From NCBI GenBank assembly GCA_002269645.1, contig NIVC01002824.1, positions 1 to 36,382 of the forward strand: a DNA stretch of 36,382 bases, given 5' to 3'. Source of the stretch: Macrostomum lignano. Its lineage: Eukaryota. The position numbers and the translations under genes were made by a program. The notes under the pieces were generated by a model that was not told the DNA's origin, made no database searches, and saw only the letters and a list, made by a program, of their open reading frames with translations. Each line of letters starts with the position of its first letter. The first letter of the stretch is position 1. Shown here in pieces: positions 1 through 10,119 of this stretch.

Positions 1-45
1 TTCTAATGCATGTTTAATATGTGTTACACTTTGACCCGACCCTTG

Positions 46-85
46 ACCTGACCAATTCTAATAACACCTTTGGCCCAAAACACCT

Positions 86-121
<36 letters not shown>

Positions 122-162
122 ACACACCTGACCAATTCTGATAACACCTTTGGCCCAAACCT

Positions 163-201
<39 letters not shown>

Positions 202-925
202 GACCAAATCTAATAACACCTTTGGCCCAAAACACCTGACACACACACACACCTGACCAATTCTAGTAACCCCTTTGACCCAAAACACCTGACACACACA
301 CACACACACCTGACCAATTCTAATAACCCCTTTGACCCAAAACACCTGACACACACACACACACACACCTGACCAATTCTAATAACACCTTTGACCCAAA
401 ACACCTGACACACACACACACACCTGACCAATTCTAATAACACCTTTGACCCAAAACACCTGACACACACACACACACACCTGACCAATTCTAATAACAC
501 CTTTGACCCAAAACACCTGACACACACACACACACACCTGACCCAAATCTAATAACACCTTTGGCCCAAAACACCTGACACACACACACCTGACCAAATT
601 CTAATAACCCCTTTGACCCAAAACACCTGACACACACACACCACACACACCTGACCAAATCTAATAACACCTTTGACCCAAAACACACTGACACACACAC
701 ACACACACACCTGACCCAAATCTAATAACACCTTTGGCCCAAAACACCTGACACACACACACACTGACCAATTCTAATAACACCTTTGACCAAAACACCT
801 GACACACACACACACACACTGACCAAATCTAATAACACCTTTGACCCAAAACACCTGACACACACACACACACCTGACCAATTCTAATAACACCTTTGAC
901 CCAAAACACCTGACCACACACACCT
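46..925. repeat. Compound minisatellite: constant ~40-bp core plus variable-length (CA)n, ~15 copies
   Basis: Repeating CCTGACCAAWTCTAATAACACCTTTGRCCCAAAACACCTGA followed by (CA)n of varying length. Confidence 0.95.
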
Positions 926-1141
926 GAATACACGGACTCCACAGTGCTATCCCCGGCACTAAGAATCCACAGAGCTGGCCAGTCATCAATCAGAGAGCAG
1001 GCAGTTTGAAACAAAAAATGTTTCGGCAAACGCAGCCGCGATTGTACAGCCACGAGAATTAACTCTCTGGGGGGTGCTGATTAGCCTCAGGGGGGGGGTG
1101 GCCCAGTCGGCCGGACAGCTCTCAAAGATAAGCATCTGCAG

Positions 1142-1342
1142 CCCAGACACTGGCGCGCGAGACTTGACAAGCGCCGACGGCGCGCAGCAGGGGGTGCCGC
1201 CGGACGGCCAGCGGCTAAGGAGAGAATGCAATATAGAATTGGATTTTTCACTCCTGCCTGGCCTCGGGGGTGGGGGTGCGTTTTACACTACCGCGTCAAG
1301 ATGTGCCAGCCCGATGGCGTGTGCGATGCACGTGTCCTGACT
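1142..1342 (+). CDS. Tentative upstream exon of the ZP-domain gene
   Basis: Open frame with GC3-rich codons (...MQYRIGFFTPAWPRGWGCVLHYRVKMCQPDGVCDARVLT) ending at GTAAGC donor 1343. The acceptor is uncertain (CAG ending at 1141 or 1090). The donor phase is 1 nt short of the next exon. Confidence 0.45.
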
Positions 1343-1490
1343 GTAAGCTGTCACGGCTTCAGTATAGTTACTTTCGAATACAGACTGTTCAAGGATTAGC
1401 GAAATTCTCAATTACAGTATTTTACAGGTTCAGAAGGTAGTTTACGGTATCTTATAGTCTCAAGGAACACCCTACAGGCCTAAAACAGAC

Positions 1491-1707
1491 ATTTACAGAA
1501 TCAGACAGGCACTTACAGAATCAGACAGTCATTTACAGAATCTGAAAGAAATTTACAGAATTAGACAGTTATTTACAGAATCAGAGACAGTCATTTTCAG
1601 AATTAGAGACAGCTATTTACAGAATCAGACAGTCATTTACAGAATCAGAGACAGCTATTTACAGAATCAGACAGTCATTTACAGAATCAGAGACAGTCAT
1701 TTACAGC
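1491..1707. repeat. 20-22-bp minisatellite ATTTACAGAATCAGA(GA)CAGTC, ~10 copies
   Basis: Direct inspection. Confidence 0.9.
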
Positions 1708-1804
1708 ACGAGTTATTTCAGGCTCTAACGGTATTCTAACAGCATTTTACTAAATCAATGAGCTCAGCGAACACCAGCATCCAAATCCTCTGTCTCCTCA
1801 TCAG

Positions 1805-4800
1805 TGTCCGTGAGCTGTCACTCCAAAAAGATGGTGGTAAAGTTCGACCCCAACTACGACAACCCTCCCTATGACCAGCTAAGAGAAAGGTTGACCAGCA
1901 AGAATTCCACAGCCTTCATCGGAGCTACGGCAGCCTGCAGCAGCAGCAGCAGGTGTGCCGGCTGCACCCGACCCAGATGGAGTTTACACGGCCATCCTGG
2001 CGCTGGACTCGAAAGCGCCTGCGGCAGGGGATAGTTCAGCGGACTCGCTACCCGGTAATGTGGGTCCGGCTGTTGGGTAGGCATTTGGGTAGACAGCCGG
2101 GTAGACAGTTAGGTAGGCAATTGAGTAGTTTACTGAGCAAACTGTTTCTACGAATTTTTTACGGGCTCGTAAATCTAGACAGTTTAGTAGACGGTTTGGT
2201 AGACAGTTTAGTAGACGGTTTGGTGGACAGTTTAGTAGACGGTTTGGTGGACAGTTTAGTAGACGGTTTGGTGGACAGTTTAGTAGACGGTTTGGTGACA
2301 GTTTAGTAGACGATTTGGTGGACAGTTTAGTAGACGGTTTGGTGGACAGTTTAGTAGACGGTTTGGTGGACAGTTTAGTAGACGGTTTGGTGGACAGTTT
2401 AGTAGACGGTTTGGTGGACAGTTTAGTAGACGATTTGGTGGACAGTTTAGTAGACGGTTTGGTAGACAGTTTAGTAGACGGTTTGGTGGACAGTTTAGTA
2501 GACGGTTTGTGGACAGTTTAGTAGACGATTTGGTGGACAGTTTAGTAGACGGTTCGGTAGACAGTTTAGTAGACGATTTGGTGGACAGTTTAGTAGACGA
2601 TTTGGTAGACAGTTTAGTAGACGATTTGGTGGACAGTTTAGTAGACGATTTGGTAGACAGTATAGTAGACGATTTGGTAGACAGTTTAGTAGACGATTTG
2701 GTGGACAGTTTAGTAGACGATTTGGTGGACAGTTTAGTAGACGGTTTGGTGGACAGTTTAGTAGACGATTTGGTAGACAGTTTAGTAGACGATTTGGTGG
2801 ACAGTTTAGTAGACGATTTGGTAGACAGTATAGTAGACGATTTGGTAGACAGTTTAGTAGACGATTTGGTGGACAGTTTAGTAGACGATTTGGTGGACAG
2901 TTTAGTAGACGATTTGGTGGACAGTTTAGTACACGATTTGGTGGACAGTTTAGTAGACGATTTGGTGGACAGTTTAGTAGACGATTTTGTGGACAGTTTA
3001 GTAGACGATTTGGTGGAAAGTTTAGTAGACGATTTGGTAGACAGTATAGTACACGATTTAGTGGACAGTTTAGTAGAGTTTTGCCTAGAATTTTGTGTAG
3101 ACAGGTGGACAGTTAGGTAGACGTTTAATATACAATGAGTGGGCAATCATTAGACAGTTAGGTAGACCGTCTCGTAGACAGTTAAATAGTCGCAGTTCAG
3201 TAGGCAATTTTGGTAGACAGTCTGGTAGCCAATCGTGTAGGCGATAGGTAGGCATCAGGGTCGGGTAAGAAGTGAAAGGTTGGGTAAATAGGTAGACAGT
3301 TGTGTAGACAGTGGGGTAGACAGTTGGGTAGACAGTTGGTTAGACAGTGGGGTAGACAGTTGGGTAGACAGTCGGGTAGGCAGTTGGGTAGACAGTTGGG
3401 TAGACAGTCGGGTGGACAGTCGGGTAGACAGTTGGGTAGGCAGTTGGGTAAGCAGTCCTGTCGCTAACAAAGCATTTCCTGTGCCCGAATTCCAGACATA
3501 TCAGGTGCTGGAAGCCACTCTGAAGGTCATGTGGGACCGCAACTTTCACACCTACCCGGACATTATCGTCGACATCGAATGCCGGGTGCCCGAGAGCGGT
3601 GCCGGCTCGGAGGTCGGCCTGCCGGTGGGCGACCCGATGGCCAGTTTCACCGGGTGAGAGCCGTGTCTAGGGGGTCGTATTGGCGCTCAGACAGGTCAGC
3701 AGGTACCTCAGACAGGTCAGCAGGTACCTCAGACAGGTCAGCAGGTACCTCAGACAGGTCAGCAGGTACCTCAGACAGGTCAGCAGGTACCTCAGACAGG
3801 TCAGCAGGTACCTCAGACGGGTCAGCAGGTACCTCAGACAGGTCAGCAGGTACCTCAGACGGGTCAACAGGTACCTCAGACAGGTCAGCAGGTACCTCAG
3901 ACAGGTCAGCAGGTACCTCAGACAGGTCAGCAGGTACCTCAGACAGGTCAGCAGGTACCTCAGACAGGTCAGCAGGTACCTCAGACAGGTCAGCAGGTAC
4001 CTCAGACGGGTCAGCAGGTACCTCAGACAGGTCAGCAGGTACCTCAGACGGGTCAACAGGTACCTTAGACAGATCAGCAGGTACCTCAGACAGGTCAGCA
4101 GGTACCTCAGACAGGTCAGCAGGTACCTCAGACAGGTCAGCAGGTACCTCAGACAGGTCAGCAGGTACCTCAGACGGGTCAGCAGGTACCTCAGACAGGT
4201 CAGCAGGTACCTCAGACGGGTCAGCAGGTACCTCAGACGGGTCAGCAGGTACCTCAGACAGGTCAGCAGGTACCTCAGACGGGTCAACAGGTACCTTAGA
4301 CAGATCAGCAGGTACCTCAGACAGGTCAGCAGGTACCTCAGACAGGTCAGCAGGTACCTGATACCGAACTTCACATCCAAGCGAGCTCGATTTGCTTCTG
4401 CACCCTCAGGAAGTCCGAGGACAGCCCGCTGCTGTCCCGGGGCCCGCTCTCCGGCCTGTCGCTGGACCTGAGGGTGCTGAACGAGTGGAACCGGATGATC
4501 GGAGAGGCGGACGAGAACGAAATTATTAAGCTGGACATCCTGCTGCATGACCGAACTGGTGAGTTCGCCTGTCTGGGTGGAAACTTATTACCAGCGAGTG
4601 CTGCAGCTCCAGACTGCTCAGGTGACCTCTCGAGACGGGGGATAATAACAGGGTGCAAAGGAGTGCTGGAAATAATTATCTCCAAGTTCCTGCCATGCTC
4701 GTCGTTTGCTCATCCGGTCCGGTGCGCAAGCTGAGGCCCCAGCTTCCTTTTCATCCCAGCAAATTGCCGGCTTCCTCCGCTGCGTTTGCCTGGCATTCCT

Positions 4801-7800
4801 TCCGGGCTGCTGCAGTTTTGTGATTCTGTCCTTTGTCACTCTCTGCTGTCTGCCTGTCTGTCACTCTCCAGCTCCAGTTCTGTGATTCTGTCCTTTGTCA
4901 CTCTCTGCTGTCTGCCTGTCTGTCGCTCTCCAGCTCCAGTTCTGTGATTCTGTCCTTTGTCACTCTCTGCTGTCTGCCTGTCTGTCGCTCTCCAGCTCCA
5001 GTTCTGTGATTCTGTCCTTTGTCACTCTCTGCTGTCTGCCTGTCTGTCGCTCTCCAGCTCCAGTTCTGTGATTCTGTCCTTTGTCACTCTCTGCTGTCTG
5101 CCTGTCTGTCACTCTCCAGCTCCAGTTCTGTGATTCTGTCCTTTGTCACTCTCTGCTGTCTGCCTGTCTGTCGCTCTCCAGCTCCAGTTCTGTGATTCTG
5201 TCCTTTGTCACTCTCTGCTGTCTGCCTGTCTGTCGCTCTCCAGCTCCAGTTCTGTGATTCTGTCCTTTGTCACTCTCTGCTGTCTGCCTGTCTGTCGCTC
5301 TCCAGCTCCAGTTCTGTGATTCTGTCCTTTGTCACTCTCTGCTGTCTGTCTGTCTGTCTGTCACTCTCCAGCTCCAGTTCTGTGATTCTGTCCTTTGTCA
5401 CTCTCTGCTGTCTTTCTGTCTGTCTGTCTGTCGCTCTCCAGCTCCAGTACTGTGATTCTGTGATTCTGTGAAGCGGTAGTGTCTATCATTTTCCCACTAC
5501 TGCCTGTCACTCTCCCACTACTGCCTGTCACTCTCCCACTACTGTCTGTCACTCTCTCACTACTGCCTGTCACTCTCCCACTACTGCCTGTCACTCTCCC
5601 ACTACTGTCTGTCACTCTCCCACTACTGTCTGTCACTCTCTCACTACTGCCTGTCACTCTCCCACTACTGTCTGTCACTCTCTCACTACTGTCTGTCACT
5701 CTCTCACTACTGCCTGTCACTCTCTCACTACTGCCTGTCACTCTCTCACTACTGCCTGTCACTCTCCCACTACTGTCTGTCACTCTCTCACTACTGCCTG
5801 TCACTCTCCCACTACTGTCTGTCACTCTCTCACTACTGCCTGTCACTCTCCCACTACTGTCTGTCACTCTCTCACTACTGCCTGTCACTCTCGCTACTGT
5901 TTGTCACTCTCTCACTACTGCCTGTCACTCTCCCACTACTGCCTGTCACTCTCCCACTACTGTCTGTCACTCTCCCACTACTGTCTGTCACTCTCTCACT
6001 ACTGCCTGTCACTCTCCCACTACTGTCTGTCACTCTCTCACTACTGTCTGTCACTCTCTCACTACTGCCTGTCACTCTCTCACTACTGCCTGTCACTCTC
6101 TCACTACTGCCTGTCACTCTCCCACTACTGTCTGTCACTCTCTCACTACTGCCTGTCACTCTCCCACTACTGTCTGTCATTCTCTCACTACTGCCTGTCA
6201 CTCTCCCACTACTGTCTGTCACTCTCTCACTACTGCCTGTCACTCTCGCTACTGTCTGTCACTCTCTCACTACTGCCTGTCACTCTCCCTACTGTTTGTC
6301 TGTTACTTTCCTGCTACAGTGCGATAGGTCTGTCACTCCTGGTATACAACCTGTCATTCTAACTACTGTTATTACTGTATCTCTACGCTCTACCAAGCCG
6401 CATATCCAACAACCCCCGCAGGTGCCAAAGGCGATCGCGAGTACACAGGCCTTCTAATCCGCCAGTGCTTCGCCGCCAACAAGTCGGCGGCATCGGCTGA
6501 TGACGGCCGGCCTTCCCGCCGAGGCGCCAACGGCCGCAGCGACAAACTGATCATCGGCTGCGGCGGGTAAGGAATGAATGGATACGACTTTTCATAGCAG
6601 TTATTTTTACCGACAAGATGCAAACTGCTCTACTTACAGTAAAAATATTAGCAGTTTAGACGGCCAGTCCACTTACGCAAGACGTCCTTGGTTCTTTAAT
6701 AACAAACTAACCCTAGCGGTCGCCGCCCGATTGCAGCGATCGAGTCCTGGACTCGGGCTTCACTGCCGACTTCCGCAGCACCCGGCCAAAGGGCGGCCTG
6801 CACATGCAGACCGGCGGGTTCCCGGCCTTCCGGTTGGGCAATTCGCCCAATCTCTACTTCCGGTGCACTGTCCGGGTGTGCCGGCATTCGGACGAGAAGC
6901 TGTGCGAACCGACCAGCTGCGCGTCGGACAAGATGGCCAAGCGGAGCCCGGACAGCAGTGTCTGGGATATCGAGACGGAGTCCCATGTGGTGGTGGCGCT
7001 CAAGCGGGACCAGAAATGGGCGCAGCCGCGTGAGTTGCTGCGGCTGGGGCAGGGCAGACGGAGCAGAGGGCGTATGGGGAAGGGCAGAGGGAGTATGGGG
7101 AAGGACAGAGGGAGCATGGGGAAGGACAGAGGGAGCATGGGGAAGGGCAGAGGGAGTATGGGGAAGGGCAGAGGGAGTATGGGGAAGGACAGAGGGAGCA
7201 TGGGGAAGGGCAGAGGGAGTATGGGGAAGGGCAGAGGGAGTATGGGGAAGGACAGAGGGAGCATGGGGAAGGGCAGAGGGAGTATGGGGAAGGGCAGAGG
7301 GAGTATGGGGAAGGGCAGAGGGAGTATGGGGAAGGGCAGACGGAGCATGGGGAAGGGCAGAGGGAGTATGGGGAAGGGCAGAGGGAGCATGGGGAAGGGC
7401 AGAGGGAGTATGGGGAAGGACAGAGGGAGCATGGGGAAGGGCAGAGGGAGTATGGGGAAGGGCAGAGGGAGTATGGGAAGGACAGAGGGAGCATGGGGAA
7501 GGGCAGAGGGAGTATGGGGAAGGGCAGAGGGAGTATGGGGAAGGGCAGAGGGAGTATGGGGAAGGGCAGACGGAGCATGGGGAAGGGCAGAGGGAGTATG
7601 GGGAAGGGCAGAGGGAGCATGGGGAAGGACAGAGGGAGCATGGGAAGGGCAGAGGGAGTATGGGGAAGGGCAGAGGGAGTATGGGGAAGGACAGAGGGAG
7701 CATGGGGAAGGGCAGAGGGAGTATGGGGAAGGGCAGAGGGAGTATGGGGAAGGACAGAGGGAGCATGGGGAAGGGCAGAGGGAGTATGGGGAAGGGCAGA

Positions 7801-8731
7801 GGGAGTATGGGGAAGGGCAGAGGGAGTATGGGGAAAGGCAGACGGAGCATGGGGAAGGGCAGAGGGAGTATGGGGAAGGGCAGAGGGAGCATGGGGAAGG
7901 GCAGAGGGAGTATGGGGAAGGGCAGAGGGAGTATGGGGAAGGGCAGAGGGAGATTGGAGAGTGGGGAAGGTAGAGAGAGGAAACCTACAAACCTACAAAA
8001 AAGGTTAATAGTGGCATCTCATCCGAACCTGCAGAGTCGAGCTGCCAGGCCAGCATGTGCCTGAGCACCAGACAGGTGATCGTGATCATTCTCATCCTGC
8101 TGGTGCTGCTGGCCCTGGTCAGCGGCCTGGTCATCGTGGTCTACCGGCGCCGGCTGCTCATCTCGGCTCAGCGACGTCTTCGCCGAGTCAGCAGCTCCCA
8201 GGACGGCGGCCCGAGCTCCTCGGCAGCGATCGCAGCTTCAGCAGCTTGCCGAGGCGGCGGTGCCATCGGCGGCGTCATTGGCGGCAGCGAGGAGGACAAC
8301 GATTTGGACGATCTAGACGAAGACGTCGTAGGAACGCCGCAGCATCGGGGAGGCGACGCGGCTGGGGCGGCGGCGAAGACGATTGTGGATTACCCGGGCT
8401 CGCCGCCAGCAGGCAGCAGCTGGCCCGCCTGGCCGCCTATTCGACCGTGTCCGGCTCCATGTTGGCGTCCCACTCACCCGTGTGCCGGTTTGTCGGCGAG
8501 CCGCCCGACGGTGGCATCGTTGGCGGCCCGGTCTCTATGACTCTGGACCGGAACGGCGGCAGCAACAGGCGGCAGGGCAGGCAGCAGCAGCTGCATCAGC
8601 AGCAGCACCAGAGGCTGCTGCAGTCGGCCGGGGCGGCGCAGGCGCTGCTGCTGGATAGCGGCAGGCCGGACTTGTGCACCTGCGATAGGCAGCTGCACAG
8701 CTCCTATTCCATCGCCTCGTCGCAGGTGTGA
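1805..8731 (+). CDS. Zona pellucida (ZP) domain single-pass membrane protein (cuticlin/Dusky-like architecture), multi-exon, with apparent frameshifts
   Basis: Exons 1805-2054, 3496-3653, 4410-4558, 6422-6566, 6717-7029, 8035-8731, all GT-AG. ZP-N signatures: VSCHSKKMVVKF, SACG, VMW...DIIVDIECR. ZP-C signatures: LLIRQCFA, FPAFRLGNSPNLYFRCTVRVC...CEPTSC. These are followed by a basic KRS cleavage-like site, CLS plus a hydrophobic TM helix (VIVIILILLVLLALVSGLVIVVY-RRR), and a cytoplasmic tail ending SSQV*. The 5' end is not defined. Confidence 0.85.
2176..3075. repeat. 24-bp (12-bp dimer) minisatellite GACAGTTTAGTAGACGRTTTGGTG, ~37 copies
   Basis: Direct inspection; lies in a ZP gene intron and explains the repetitive ORFs at 2280-3146 and 2509-3120. 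Confidence 0.97.
3280..3452. repeat. Degenerate 12-bp array GTAGACAGTTGG
   Basis: Direct inspection; related to the adjacent 24-mer. Confidence 0.85.
3687..4360. repeat. 21-bp minisatellite TCAGACAGGTCAGCAGGTACC, ~32 copies
   Basis: Direct inspection; intronic. Confidence 0.97.
4817..5462. repeat. 62-bp pyrimidine-rich minisatellite, ~10 copies
   Basis: Unit TTCTGTGATTCTGTCCTTTGTCACTCTCTGCTGTCTGCCTGTCTGTCGCTCTCCAGCTCCAG; identical ORF starts are 62 bp apart (5205/5267). Confidence 0.95.
5495..6295. repeat. 21-bp minisatellite ACTACTGYCTGTCACTCTCYC, ~38 copies
   Basis: Direct inspection; intronic. Confidence 0.97.
7045..7952. repeat. 21-bp purine/G-rich minisatellite GGGGAAGGGCAGAGGGAGYAT, ~43 copies
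   Basis: Direct inspection; last intron of the ZP gene. Confidence 0.97.
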
Positions 8732-8849
8732 AATGACATCTAACAAGCTAACCTACATGTAACTTGCACGGTACTTAGATGTAGATGAGGCGCATTGGCG
8801 TCTGGGCCTGCATAAATTAAAATGGTGTATTGATTCCAGTTAATTTATT

Positions 8850-9305
8850 TAACTGGGGGGGGGGTTAGAGCGGCCAGTGTCTAAAAATAGCAAGCCTCAA
8901 ACTCTACGTTGAATGTACAATAATGATAGCGCAAACATCACGTGACGACAGGGTACAGTGATGATCACGTGATGTCGTGTGTACACTACACTGATCGCTT
9001 AAAATAACGAATAGATTGAATTAGAGACACTGCGTGACTGCAAGTTAAGAGACGCTAATTCAACCCCTATCACAGGCCACATCAGGAGCCAGTCGCGTGG
9101 TTGGGGGTGGGGGTAGAAGGCTAAGTGTCTAAAAATAGTGTCTCAGACCCTACGTTGAATGTACAATGGTGATAAGTGCAAACATCACGTGACGGTAGTC
9201 GGCAGGGAAGGTTTTTTATTTGATAAACCACGTGATCTGTGTGTACACAGACTGTTTTAATATTGAATAGGCCAAGTTGAAGACCGCCTCAGCCTAATTA
9301 AACCC
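8850..9305. repeat. Diverged direct duplication, period ~248 bp
   Basis: Both copies share a G-run, GTGTCTAAAAATAG (8877, 9125), CTACGTTGAATGTACAAT, GCAAACATCACGTGAC, CACGTGAT..GTGTGTACAC and CTAATT.AACCC. Confidence 0.8.
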
Positions 9306-10006
9306 AGGTACCGATATTAGTGTAATGAATAGTTCAATTTGCAGCTCTGATAATCCCAATGCGCACACCGAATTATCCCCCACTGCCACAGAGCGCTTCC
9401 CATGGCCTAAACTCGGGCCAGATCTGTCCACACACGAATCTGCGCCTTATTCAAACCTGTTGTTACCTGTCACAACTGTCAATCAGCGTAATCATTCTCT
9501 TTATTGCTTTGCTAGTGCATATTTTATATGGCTACATGTAATTTTTTACCATATGACACGTTAAACTATAGTAAACTTCTCAGCCGCGCCAATCCATTGA
9601 GTACATAGCTATAAATATTGTATATGATAAACAATATACACGGATTGAAGTTATTCCATTTCAAGAAGCCGATTCTGCATACGAAGCTCATTATGCAAGT
9701 CTATATCATAAAAAACAATTAAACATAAATACAACGTGATACAGTTTACAGGTTGAAGACAAATTTATTAATCAGATTTATAATCACAAAAATGTCAGCT
9801 TTTATTCGTGATCAATGGCCAGTTATCATCAGAGAATTCACCGTCAGCACCGGCAACTTAAGGATGAATATAGGCTGCTCAACTCTGCATCTCAGGTCTC
9901 TTCACAGTCAACAGAAAAATCTATTTTTATCAAGTCCTGCATCCTAATCGCACTACTGCTATTACCAAGACCAATTGCAGTAGACAGATAAGGAAAATAT
10001 CACTAT

Positions 10007-10012
10007 TTTATT
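10007..10012 (-). terminator. Candidate polyadenylation signal AATAAA for ADCK1
   Basis: TTTATT on + strand, ~110 nt downstream of the ADCK1 stop. Confidence 0.55.
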
Positions 10013-10119
10013 TAATTCTATTTTAACAATCAAAACAGATTTCAAATTAGCTACTGGATAAAAGTATGCGCAATCAATACTACTCATCACAAGTAGTCAA
10101 AAGACAGTAAAAATGCAAC

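Noticed and set aside
46-925. Constant repeat plus variable spacer, superficially CRISPR-like
   Set aside because: The spacers are only (CA)n, there are no cas genes, and the context is eukaryotic and intron-rich.
1091-1170. GGGGGGGTGGCCCAGTCGG resembles a tRNA/SINE 5' end with a Pol III A-box
   Set aside because: No B-box (GTTCRANNC) or cloverleaf follows; the region is probably exonic or acceptor sequence.
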